A stretch of 61,647 nucleotides of DNA. Source: Lentisphaeria bacterium UBA1776 (GTDB lineage Bacteria > Verrucomicrobiota > Lentisphaeria > Victivallales > Victivallaceae). The position numbers were made by a program, and so were the translations under genes. The DNA is taken from NCBI GenBank assembly GCA_002314605.1, contig DCGO01000095.1:1-61647 (forward strand), in the 5' to 3' direction. The notes beneath the pieces were generated by a model. It was not told where the DNA came from, made no database searches, and saw nothing but the letters and a program-made list of their open reading frames with translations. Each line of letters starts with the position of its first letter. Positions within the stretch are counted from its first letter, which is position 1. This document shows positions 50,289-58,927 of this stretch, in pieces.

Positions 50289-50990
50289 TTACTTTTCCCA
50301 CCCGCGGACATCGTCGGTCTGGGAAGTGCCGCCGTTGTCGGAATTGAAACTGCCGTTATCGGCGCCATTGGGGCCGTAAGAGTAGATGAACACTTTGCCG
50401 TGCAGCACCAGATTGTTTCCGTCATAATTGGCCGGCGGATTCAGAACCTGGGCGGCGGGGATATAGACCTTTTCCGAACTGTCGGTGCAGATATTGATGT
50501 CATAGGGATTTCCCCACGGGTCGCGCCAAAGTGTGCTGTCATCGCCGGAACTGTAATCCGCCCGGGGATCCAGATACTTGATGTTGCGGATATTGAAATT
50601 CTTGTCGGAAGAAGTCACATCCCGGGGAACCGACAATTCCCGGATCAGGGCATTGTACTGGGTCGAGGAACTGCCGTTGTAGCGGACTACATGGACCGTA
50701 TTGCTGCTGTATGCAGTGGCATTTCTTGCAATGGCGCCGCCATTCACGTTGTAACTCGAATTGACTCTCAAGATCGTCTTGTAATCCCGCTCCACGCCGG
50801 AGAGGGCCATCTTGATGGCACTCATGTCCGCCTTCGCCTGAGTGATCATGCCCCTGGTCTTCGCACTCTGGATCGCCGGAATACCCAAGCCGGCAAGCAG
50901 CACGATGATCCCGATCACCACCAGCAGCTCCACCAGCGTAAACGCCGATCTCTGTTGCATGATGTGTTGAGATGTGTAACCCGTCTTCAT
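50289..50990 (-). CDS. GspG-like major pseudopilin, first copy
   Basis: 233 aa with GGGAGG 6 nt upstream of ATG 50990. Has the N-terminus ..MQQRSA-FTLVELLVVIGIIVLLAGLGIPA (Glu+5) and RDPWGNPY. Confidence 0.8.
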   Translation of the reverse strand: MKTGYTSQHIMQQRSAFTLVELLVVIGIIVLLAGLGIPAIQSAKTRGMITQAKADMSAIKMALSGVERDYKTILRVNSSYNVNGGAIARNATAYSSNTVHVVRYNGSSSTQYNALIRELSVPRDVTSSDKNFNIRNIKYLDPRADYSSGDDSTLWRDPWGNPYDINICTDSSEKVYIPAAQVLNPPANYDGNNLVLHGKVFIYSYGPNGADNGSFNSDNGGTSQTDDVRGWEK

Positions 50991-51020
50991 TTCAAGCCTC
51001 CCGAGGATTGTTTTCTATAT

Positions 51021-51359
51021 TTATTTCATCTTCAATTCAGATTGCAATTGCCGCAACAGCGGCTGCAGGGGCGGCAAATCCTTTTGAATCGTTTCCCAAA
51101 CCAAAGAATAATCCGTCTGCACATAATCGTGAATCAGAACATTACGCATTCCGGCCATCACCCGCCACGGGATTTCCGGGTGGGAATCCCGGACTTTTTC
51201 TGAAACCCGGCCGGCGGCTTCCCCGATGATCAGAAAATTATAGGATACCGCGTCCTGTTCCAAAACAGACTGCAAAAATTCCTCTTTGCCGCAAGCCGTT
51301 TCACGGATCCTGGCAATGGCGGCCAGAATATGACCGATACGTTGTTCATCTGTAATCAT
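51021..51359 (-). CDS. hepT: HepT (DUF86) RNase toxin of a type VII toxin-antitoxin pair
   Basis: 112 aa from ATG 51359. Has the Rx4HxY motif in GMRNVLIHDY. The start overlaps the mntA stop (ATGA). Confidence 0.85.
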   Translation of the reverse strand: MITDEQRIGHILAAIARIRETACGKEEFLQSVLEQDAVSYNFLIIGEAAGRVSEKVRDSHPEIPWRVMAGMRNVLIHDYVQTDYSLVWETIQKDLPPLQPLLRQLQSELKMK

Positions 51360-51649
51360 AACAGGATCATATCCTTTTGAACACAGGAGCCGAAAACCGG
51401 ATCCCGCAAAGCGGATGAGGGAATCACGTCCACCTTGCACTGCAGCATATCCGCCAAAGCCAGCTGCATATTCACCTGATCGAACAACGAGGCTTTTTCG
51501 GAAAAATCCGCCAAAATATCCACATCGCTTTTCGGAGTTTCCTCCCGGCGCGCACAGGACCCGAACACATAAACCTTCCGGGCATGGTGCAGCCTGGCGA
51601 TCCGGTTGATCTCCGCCTTCATCTGACAGATTTTATCAAGTTGACACAT
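51356..51649 (-). CDS. mntA: MNT-type nucleotidyltransferase antitoxin
   Basis: 97 aa from ATG 51649. Has the nucleotidyltransferase motif VFGSCARREETPKSDVDIL (GSx..SDxD). Confidence 0.85.
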   Translation of the reverse strand: MCQLDKICQMKAEINRIARLHHARKVYVFGSCARREETPKSDVDILADFSEKASLFDQVNMQLALADMLQCKVDVIPSSALRDPVFGSCVQKDMILL

Positions 51650-51768
51650 CCTGCCGTCAAGCCTTTCCGGTAATGGCGAAACATTCGCGCGGCCAGGCAG
51701 AACCCTCCAGCCGCCGCGACACATGCCCGGGCGGCATCCCGCCGGAGCGGCACGTTTGCCGTCGCTAT

Positions 51769-51797
51769 ATTGTACGTCAGGAAGGGGGAGATTGCAA
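51769..51797 (-). promoter_or_regulatory. candidate sigma70-type promoter for mntA-hepT (and possibly the pseudopilin operon)
   Basis: On the minus strand: TTGCAA (51797-51792), a 17-nt spacer, then TACAAT (51774-51769). Confidence 0.45.
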
Positions 51798-51838
51798 GCG
51801 GCAATCGGATATTTTTTGAAAGAATTTTGGAAAAAAGC

Positions 51839-51866
51839 TTGAAAAAGCGCCGGGGAACGCTAAAAT
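51839..51866 (+). promoter_or_regulatory. candidate sigma70-type promoter for the DUF1559-type pilin-like gene
   Basis: TTGAAA (51839-51844), a 16-nt spacer, then TAAAAT (51861-51866), about 45 nt before ATG 51913. Confidence 0.45.
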
Positions 51867-51912
51867 ATGGGAAGATGTTTTGCAGAAACATGTTTCAGGA
51901 AAGGATCGAGAG

Positions 51913-52638
51913 ATGAAGAGAGAACAATATACCCTGATCGAGCTTCTGGTGGTGATCGGGATCATTGCCCTGCTGGCGGGACTGCTGCTGCCGGCTTTGA
52001 ATTCCTCGCGGATCTCCGCCCGGGCGGCGGCCTGCATCAGCAACCAGAAACAGGTTGTGACCGCCATCATCCAGTCCATCAGCGGCAACAAGGACCGTTT
52101 CTATTCTCCGAGATATGACGGAACGAACAATGGGGCAAGTGATGCCACGGTCCGCTGGAGCGCCCGGCTCTACAACCGGAAGTATCTGCAGGACTACAAG
52201 ACCATGCGGTGCACGGAGACCATATTCCCCCCCCCAAGTCAGGGGTCGTACCGGGAAGATGCATTTACCTACGGTGCGGTGTATCACGATGCGGCGGTCA
52301 CCACCGGCTTTGATTTCCGGGGGACCCGGTGTCTGACCACTTCCGGCGGGGATGATGTGCCGCCCACCAAACTCATGCTGGGCGGCTGTTCCATGAATTC
52401 CAACCACGGAGGCGGCGCACTGCTGGATCTGAGTCAATCGGCAACCAGTTCGAATTCTTACGGCACGCTCTCTCTGGCGCACCGGGACAGTGTCAACATG
52501 TTCTTCCTTGACGGCCGGGTGGCACCGGTGAACAAAGCCGAACTGGATGCGAACAGCACGGGCCGGACGCTCTATTATCCCACCACCGCCAACGGCCCCG
52601 CCGGCCTGGTGCCGGCGCGCTACAACAACGGCAAGTGA
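51913..52638 (+). CDS. prepilin-type N-terminal domain protein of the DUF1559 (H-x9-DG) class
   Basis: 241 aa from ATG 51913. Has MKREQ-YTLIELLVVIGIIALLAGLLLPALNSSRISARAAACISNQKQ and, near the C-terminus, AHRDSVNMFFLDGRV. Confidence 0.8.
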   Translation: MKREQYTLIELLVVIGIIALLAGLLLPALNSSRISARAAACISNQKQVVTAIIQSISGNKDRFYSPRYDGTNNGASDATVRWSARLYNRKYLQDYKTMRCTETIFPPPSQGSYREDAFTYGAVYHDAAVTTGFDFRGTRCLTTSGGDDVPPTKLMLGGCSMNSNHGGGALLDLSQSATSSNSYGTLSLAHRDSVNMFFLDGRVAPVNKAELDANSTGRTLYYPTTANGPAGLVPARYNNGK

Positions 52639-52666
52639 TCTCACATATTTCCCAAGGATCCGTGAT

Positions 52667-53620
52667 ATGATGAAGCAGACATTTCTTTTTGCGGCACTGG
52701 CCGTATTCTCCTCTCTGTTTTTCTGCGGCTGCGGCGATGCTTCCGGAGAAAAGACAAAGATCGGCATTTCCATCCCCGCCGCCGACCACGGCTGGACCGG
52801 CGGATGCGTCTATTGGGCCAATCAGGCCAAAAAGAGTATTGAGAAGGCTCATCCGGATCTGGAGGTCATCGTTTCCACCGCCCGGGACGCGGCCGAACAG
52901 GTGGATAAAGTTGAAAATCTGATGGTCCAGGGGATCAAAGCCCTGGTCATCCTCCCCCATGAACCCGGGCCGCTCACCGGCGTCTGCGAGCAGGCCAGAG
53001 CCAAAGAGATCAAACTCATCACCGTTGACCGGGGACTCTCAAAGGATATTGCGGATGTGGTGGTCGCCGGAGACAATCCCGGATTCGGCCGGGCCGGAGC
53101 GGCGGCCATTGCCAGGGCCCTGAACGGCAAAGGCGATATCGTGATGATGGAAGGCATCCCCTGCGTGGTCAATTCCGACCGGGTCAACGCTTTCCGCGCC
53201 GAGATCGCCAAATATCCCGATATCCGCATTCTGGACAGCCAGTCCGCCGGATGGGATACCGCAAAAGGGCTGAAGCTCATGGAGAATTTCCTGCAGAAAT
53301 ACCCGAAGATCGATGCGGTGTGGACCGGGGATGACGATGTTCTCCTGGGGGCGCTCAAGGCTTACGAGGAATCCAAACGCAGGGACGTGAAAGCCTTTGT
53401 GGGCGGCGCCGGCGCCAAACTTGTGGTGAAAATGGTTCTGGACAGGCACCCGCTGGTTCCCTTTGACGTCACCTACCCCCCCCGGATGGTGGAGGTCGGA
53501 GCCCAAATGGCATTGAAGCTCCTGGCTCAGGAGATCACCCCGAAGAAACAGATCGTCCCCGCCGAGATCATTGACCCGGCCAATGCTCAGAAGTACTATT
53601 TCCCCGACTCGGTCTTCTGA
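52667..53620 (+). CDS. periplasmic sugar-binding lipoprotein (ribose/xylose-type PBP fold)
   Basis: 317 aa from ATG 52667 with lipobox SLFFCGC. Has KIGISIPAADHGWTGG, the alternating beta-alpha pattern ..GIKALVILPHEP.., ..KLITVDRGL.. and ..VWTGDDDVLLGALKA. Confidence 0.8.
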   Translation: MMKQTFLFAALAVFSSLFFCGCGDASGEKTKIGISIPAADHGWTGGCVYWANQAKKSIEKAHPDLEVIVSTARDAAEQVDKVENLMVQGIKALVILPHEPGPLTGVCEQARAKEIKLITVDRGLSKDIADVVVAGDNPGFGRAGAAAIARALNGKGDIVMMEGIPCVVNSDRVNAFRAEIAKYPDIRILDSQSAGWDTAKGLKLMENFLQKYPKIDAVWTGDDDVLLGALKAYEESKRRDVKAFVGGAGAKLVVKMVLDRHPLVPFDVTYPPRMVEVGAQMALKLLAQEITPKKQIVPAEIIDPANAQKYYFPDSVF

Positions 53621-53720
53621 CCTTCCGGACCGCCCCCGCCGGAACACTTCCCGTTGAGAAAGTCCGGCACGGGGCACCCTTTTCAGAACCGGCGGAAAGG
53701 TTGAAACAGGCGCCGGAAGT

Positions 53721-54860
53721 TCAGCGTCCGAGGCGTTTCCAGACCGGTTCCATATCCACGATCTCTCCGGTCCTGGCCGCCTGATCGATGGCCAGCGCAA
53801 AAACGGCGCTCTGCAGTCCCTCGTCACCGCTGCACCTGGGCGGTTCGCCGTGGATCATGGTCCGGAGCAGCTCCTGCATGATGTGGGCGTCGCCGCCGCC
53901 GTGGCCGTCGCATTCCTCAAAGGTCAGGGTGTTCACCGCACTGTCGCCGATATTTTTCCAGCTGATGGTCCTGCCGTAAAGGTCCAGGCGCATGGTCCCT
54001 TCGGTCCCGCAGAAGACCATCCGGCGTTCCGGGATCGTGCTGAGCATGGAGCAGCAGAAGGAGACATGGACCCCGTTGCGGAACTCCGCGGCGGAAACAA
54101 GATTGTCATGCAGATCGGAGTCCGCATTGAAGGGCGTTTCGATCCGGTGAGGGTCCCACCAGCAGATGAAAGCCTCTTTGCCGTATTTTTTCTCCAGAAC
54201 GCGGTTTTCCGGGGTGAAGAAACTCCTGCCGTGGAACGCCGCGATCTTTGCGGGGAGGGAGCCGGTGAACCACTCAATAAGATCCAGATCGTGACAGCAT
54301 TTCTCCAGAATATGGGGCCCGGCGTATCTGGTCAGCCGACGCCAGTTGCTCATGATGTAGCCGCCGTGAGCCGGACGGATATTTTCATTGGCCTCAATGG
54401 AAACCAGTTTCCCGAGGGTCCCGGACTGCAGGATCTCCCGGGCCTTCCGGTAAATATCCGCATAACGCAGTACAAACCCCGTGGCAAACTGCAGATTGCA
54501 CGATTTCCATGCATCGTAAATGGTCTGGCAGTCTTCTATGGTTGTTGCCAGCGGTTTTTCGGAAAAAACGTTTTTCCCGGCGGAAAAAGCCCGGACAATG
54601 TCATCTTTGTGGGCGTAATTCGGCGAAAAGATCATGCTCCAGTCCACATCGCACGAAAGAGCCTCCTCCCAGCCGGAACAGATTTTTGCGTCCGGGAAAT
54701 TCCAGCACTGGAATGCGCTTTCCCGGGCGACCGCCTGATCTGGGTCGTAAACCGCGACGATCTCGACCCGGTCCGCTCCATGGGCAAGCAGCTGGCGGAT
54801 AACGTCTCTTGCCCGGTTTCCCGTTCCGGAAACGGCGATTCTGATTTTCCTGTCCATCAT
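53721..54860 (-). CDS. Gfo/Idh/MocA-family oxidoreductase
   Basis: About 379 aa. AGGAGG lies immediately upstream of ATGATG (54860/54857). Has the Rossmann N-terminus KIRIAVSGTGNRA and the EKP motif (VFSEKPLA). Confidence 0.8.
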   Translation of the reverse strand: MMDRKIRIAVSGTGNRARDVIRQLLAHGADRVEIVAVYDPDQAVARESAFQCWNFPDAKICSGWEEALSCDVDWSMIFSPNYAHKDDIVRAFSAGKNVFSEKPLATTIEDCQTIYDAWKSCNLQFATGFVLRYADIYRKAREILQSGTLGKLVSIEANENIRPAHGGYIMSNWRRLTRYAGPHILEKCCHDLDLIEWFTGSLPAKIAAFHGRSFFTPENRVLEKKYGKEAFICWWDPHRIETPFNADSDLHDNLVSAAEFRNGVHVSFCCSMLSTIPERRMVFCGTEGTMRLDLYGRTISWKNIGDSAVNTLTFEECDGHGGGDAHIMQELLRTMIHGEPPRCSGDEGLQSAVFALAIDQAARTGEIVDMEPVWKRLGR

Positions 54861-55231
54861 GATCCTCCTGTGACTCAAAGTTTATCCGGAATTCTGACAA
54901 CGGAATGCGTGTCCGGCATCCGGAAATCCGGGATGCTCATCCCGGGGATGCCGCATCATCTTCCGCATTGCGGTTCAAAAAACAACGGGAGAGAATATAC
55001 AGACGCACCGGGATTTTTGCAAATCTTTTCCGCCGGAACCGTATGAAAATATATGGTAATCCAAAAAAAGAACGGGACCGCACCGGGACCGCATTTTCCG
55101 GAATATGGCTGAAATAAGCGTTTCCGGCATTGAAAATGTTTGTTTTCTGCATGGAAAAATCGGAAAAAAGGGGTACATTATCCGATGTGTATATTCAGGG
55201 ATAGAGCTTTACCGGGAAAGGAGTGCCGAAG

Positions 55232-56563
55232 ATGTCGTTTCTGAAAATCGTAATGGTGGGAGGCGGCAGCTACAACTGGCTCCCGACTTTGCTGGGCGAT
55301 CTGGTCCAGACCCCGGAACTCAAGGGCAGCGAGATCTGGCTCCTGGACCCCCTGACGGATAATGCCCGGGAATTGAAGGCCGCCATCGAAAAGGCCGACG
55401 GTAATGACCCCGATTTCAAATTCATCGTCACCGCCGATGAGGATGAAGCCTTCCGGGGTGCGGATTTCGTGGTGATCACCATTTCCACCGGCGGTCTGGA
55501 AGCGATGCGGCAGGATATCGCCATTCCGGAGAAATACGGCATTCTGCAGACTGTCAGCGATTCCACCGGACCCGGGGGCTGGGCGCGGAATATCCGGAAT
55601 TACAAAATTTTCCGGGACATGGCGCAGAAGATCGAACGCCTTTCTCCCAACGCCGTCATTCTGAACTATTCCAACCCCATGGCGGGCCTTACCGGCGTGA
55701 TCGCCCGGCACACCCGTCTCCGTCATGTGGGACTCTGCCACGGCCTTTTCAGCGTTTACTGGGCCATGGGCCGGATCTTCGGCGTTCCCGAAGAGGATAT
55801 CCGGGTGCGTTTCGCCGGGGTCAATCACTTCTTCTGGGTCACGGAGATGTCTCTGAAGGGACAGGACGGTCTGGCCCTCCTGGAGGAGAAACTCAAGGCA
55901 GCTTCCATGGATGAACTCATCACCAACGGCAGCGACATCGTCCCGGACCACAAGGGAGAAAGCCATCTTCTGGCGGAGGCCTTCTTCAGAAAATACCATG
56001 CCCTCACCTATTTCGAGGACCGGCACACCAGTGAATACATGCCGGGGATCCTGAACGATCCGGCTAAAATGGAGGAGCTCAAACTCATCCGGACCTCCAT
56101 TGAGACCCGTTACGAAAAAGTGAAGAAAAACCGGGCATATACCCTAAAAATGGCCTCCGGCGAAAAGGGGCTCTTCAAACGCAGCCGGGAAACCGCCATC
56201 GACATCATCACCGCCATTGCCTGCAGCCGGAATTTCGCCGATGTGATGAATCTGGTGAACGTGGGACAGATCAGCAATCTCCCCATGGGGGCGGTGGTGG
56301 AGACCATGGGCTGCGTCCGGGACGGCTTCCTGGAACCCATCGCCTACGGCGCGCTGCCGGAAGAACTGGCAAAACTTACGGCCCCCCACTGCACGGTGCA
56401 GAAGATGACCATCGATGCTCTGGCGGAAGGAAACCGCGGGATGCTGCTGGAGGCGCTGCTGCTGGATCCGGCATCGTCATCGCTGCCGAAGGACCGGGTC
56501 TGTGCCATGGCCGAAGAGCTTTACGAGGCCAACCGGCCCTGGTTCCCGGAAAATCTGAAGTGA
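55232..56563 (+). CDS. glycoside hydrolase family 4 paralogue
   Basis: 443 aa from ATG 55232, with AAGGAG upstream. Has KIVMVGGGSYNW, NYSNPMAGLTG and GLCHGLF, paralleling the GH4 gene at 42715. Confidence 0.8.
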   Translation: MSFLKIVMVGGGSYNWLPTLLGDLVQTPELKGSEIWLLDPLTDNARELKAAIEKADGNDPDFKFIVTADEDEAFRGADFVVITISTGGLEAMRQDIAIPEKYGILQTVSDSTGPGGWARNIRNYKIFRDMAQKIERLSPNAVILNYSNPMAGLTGVIARHTRLRHVGLCHGLFSVYWAMGRIFGVPEEDIRVRFAGVNHFFWVTEMSLKGQDGLALLEEKLKAASMDELITNGSDIVPDHKGESHLLAEAFFRKYHALTYFEDRHTSEYMPGILNDPAKMEELKLIRTSIETRYEKVKKNRAYTLKMASGEKGLFKRSRETAIDIITAIACSRNFADVMNLVNVGQISNLPMGAVVETMGCVRDGFLEPIAYGALPEELAKLTAPHCTVQKMTIDALAEGNRGMLLEALLLDPASSSLPKDRVCAMAEELYEANRPWFPENLK

Positions 56564-56599
56564 CCGGCAAAAAAACCGCAGGAAAGGAGCGTGCATTAA

Positions 56600-58900
56600 A
56601 TGGGACTTCTAGACTGGAGTATTGTCATCGTTTTTCTGATCTTCATCGTATGGATGGGCATTTATTCCATGCGGTATGTCCGGAGCATCACCGATTATCT
56701 GGCCTGCGGCCGGGTCTGCGGGCGGTACGTCATTTCGGTAGCGGACGTGGCCAACGGGCTGGCGGTGGTGGTCATGATCGGCGCGGTGGAAGCCGGCTAC
56801 AAGAGCGGCGTCATGTACGGTTTCTGGAGCAGCATCAGCCTGCCGCTGGGCATGTTCATGGGGCTGGCCGGGTTTGTGACCTACCGCTTCCGGCAGACCA
56901 AAGCCATGAGTTTCGGGCAGTTCATCGAAATGCGTTACAGCCGGGGACTGCGGATCTTCGCCTCGACCCTGCGGGCCATTGCCGACATGCTGGCCAATAT
57001 GATTCTGCCGGCGCTGGCGGGAAGGTTCTTCATGTATTTTCTGGATCTTCCGGCATCTTACAATCTCTTCGGTTTTCAGATTTCCACCTTCATGACCATC
57101 ATGCTGGTGTGTCTGACACTGGCCATTTCCATGATCCTCTTCGGGGGAAGTGTGACGCTGGTCATCACCGATACCATTCAGGGCTTGTTCGCCTATCCCA
57201 TTCTGGCCGTTTTCGTGATCTTCGTACTGCTGAAATTTTCGTGGAGCAGTGAAGTTCTGCCGGTGCTTTCCGACCGGGTCAGCGGCGAAAGTTTTCTGAA
57301 CCCCTACGATATTGAGAATCTGCGTGATTTCAACGTCTTCTATCTCTTTGTCGCGCTTTTCAGTTCGGTCCTGAACCGCGGCGTCGGGTTGGGAGCCGGC
57401 GGCGGGACCAGTGCCGCCAAAAGCGCCCACGAGCAGAAAATGGCCGGTGTGCTGGGGACCTGGCGGGGCGGGTTCATGAGCATCTTTTATGCCATGCTGG
57501 TGCTGACGGTCATCGTGTTCATGAATCACAAGGATTTTTCCGCAGAATCCACGGAATGCCGGAAATATCTTTCCACCCGGATCACCAAAGAACTGGTTCC
57601 GGATCAGAAGATCCGGCAGAAGATCCTGACCAGGATCGACGCCATCCCTGCCCACAATCATACCATCGGCAAGGACAAGCCCCTGTCGCTGAAGGATAAC
57701 CTTGACACCCCCTATCTGAACGTCATTTCCGACGTGGCCAAAGAAAATCCCGATGCCGATATCCGGGGACAGGTGCCGCAGTTCCGGACCCTCTTCCATC
57801 AGCTGATGCTGCCGGCCATCATGCGGAAACTGCTTCCCCCCGGACTGATGGGCCTCTTCTGCATGCTGATCATTCTGATGATCATTTCCACCGATGACAG
57901 CCGCATCTACAGTGCGTCCCTTACACTGTCTCAGGATCTGGTGCTGCCGCTCCTGAAGGAGCCGCCCTCCCAGAAAAAGCATATCCTGATCATCCGGCTG
58001 GTCACGGTGGGGGTGGGAGTGTTTTACCTGTGCGGATCGCTGTTCATGTCCCAGCTGGAATATGTGACCATGTTTGTTCACATCATGTACGGGCTCTGGT
58101 GTGCGGGGGCCGGGATCATGGTTCTGGGGGGACTTTATTCCCGGTTCGGGACCACTGCCGGAGCCTGGGCCTCGCTCCTCTCCGGGTCCGGCGTGATGCT
58201 TACCGGCGTCATCATCCAGCGGAACTGGGCCGACTGGGTCTATCCGTGGATGGAAAGTGCAGAACTGGTGGCCCCTGTGGGCAATTTTCTCCAGTGGATC
58301 TCCAGTCCGCTGAACCCCTATGTGGTCTGGTCCATCAATCCGTACAAGTGTCCGATCAACGCGCCGGAGTTCAGTTTCATCGCCATGGTGACCAGCGTCT
58401 GTTTCTACTGCATTGTTTCGGCCCTGACCTTTCGCCGGCCCTTCAATCTGGACCGGATGTTGCACCGCGGCAGATACAATACCGACAACGAAGTGAAGGT
58501 GGTATCCGTCTGGACCTGGAAAAATGTGTTCAGCAAGCTCATCGGCATCACCAATGAATACACCCGGGGGGACAAGATCATCGCCTGGAGCGTCTTCATC
58601 TACACCTTCGGATTGGGCTTCTGCCTCTTTCTGGGGATCGTCGTCTGGAACTGTTTTGATTCCTGGCCGCTTAAATGGTGGGGCAACTATTATCTGATCC
58701 GCACCCTGCTCATTCCCGCCGTCATTGCCGTTGTCTCCACGGTGTGGTTCTTCATCGGCGGTCTTATCGACCTGAAAAAGATGTTCCGCGACCTGAAAAA
58801 CCGGGTGGTGGACAACGATGACAACGGCGTGGTCACCGGCCACGTTTCCCTGAGCGACAAAAAGAAATTCGACAAGATCGACGGCGGCGAAGGAAAATAA
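56600..58900 (+). CDS. sodium:solute symporter (SSS) family transporter, long form
   Basis: 766 aa with many TM segments. Has an SSS-like N-terminus (LDWSIVIVFLIFIVWMGIYS..ITDYLACGR) and extra C-terminal TM segments. Confidence 0.8.
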   Translation: MGLLDWSIVIVFLIFIVWMGIYSMRYVRSITDYLACGRVCGRYVISVADVANGLAVVVMIGAVEAGYKSGVMYGFWSSISLPLGMFMGLAGFVTYRFRQTKAMSFGQFIEMRYSRGLRIFASTLRAIADMLANMILPALAGRFFMYFLDLPASYNLFGFQISTFMTIMLVCLTLAISMILFGGSVTLVITDTIQGLFAYPILAVFVIFVLLKFSWSSEVLPVLSDRVSGESFLNPYDIENLRDFNVFYLFVALFSSVLNRGVGLGAGGGTSAAKSAHEQKMAGVLGTWRGGFMSIFYAMLVLTVIVFMNHKDFSAESTECRKYLSTRITKELVPDQKIRQKILTRIDAIPAHNHTIGKDKPLSLKDNLDTPYLNVISDVAKENPDADIRGQVPQFRTLFHQLMLPAIMRKLLPPGLMGLFCMLIILMIISTDDSRIYSASLTLSQDLVLPLLKEPPSQKKHILIIRLVTVGVGVFYLCGSLFMSQLEYVTMFVHIMYGLWCAGAGIMVLGGLYSRFGTTAGAWASLLSGSGVMLTGVIIQRNWADWVYPWMESAELVAPVGNFLQWISSPLNPYVVWSINPYKCPINAPEFSFIAMVTSVCFYCIVSALTFRRPFNLDRMLHRGRYNTDNEVKVVSVWTWKNVFSKLIGITNEYTRGDKIIAWSVFIYTFGLGFCLFLGIVVWNCFDSWPLKWWGNYYLIRTLLIPAVIAVVSTVWFFIGGLIDLKKMFRDLKNRVVDNDDNGVVTGHVSLSDKKKFDKIDGGEGK

Positions 58901-58927
58901 GCCGGACTTCCGGCCGCAGGAGGCTGT

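Noticed and set aside
51650-51724. Longer mntA start at ATG 51724
   Set aside because: It would add 25 Arg/Gly/Pro-rich residues before the conserved nucleotidyltransferase fold. The ATG at 51649 gives the usual roughly 30-residue spacing to the GS motif.
54861-55231. Three TCCGGAA heptamers in the divergent intergenic region, considered as a putative operator
   Set aside because: TCCGGA-containing strings are abundant throughout the coding sequence of this GC-rich window. Three copies in 370 bp are therefore not evidence of a binding site.
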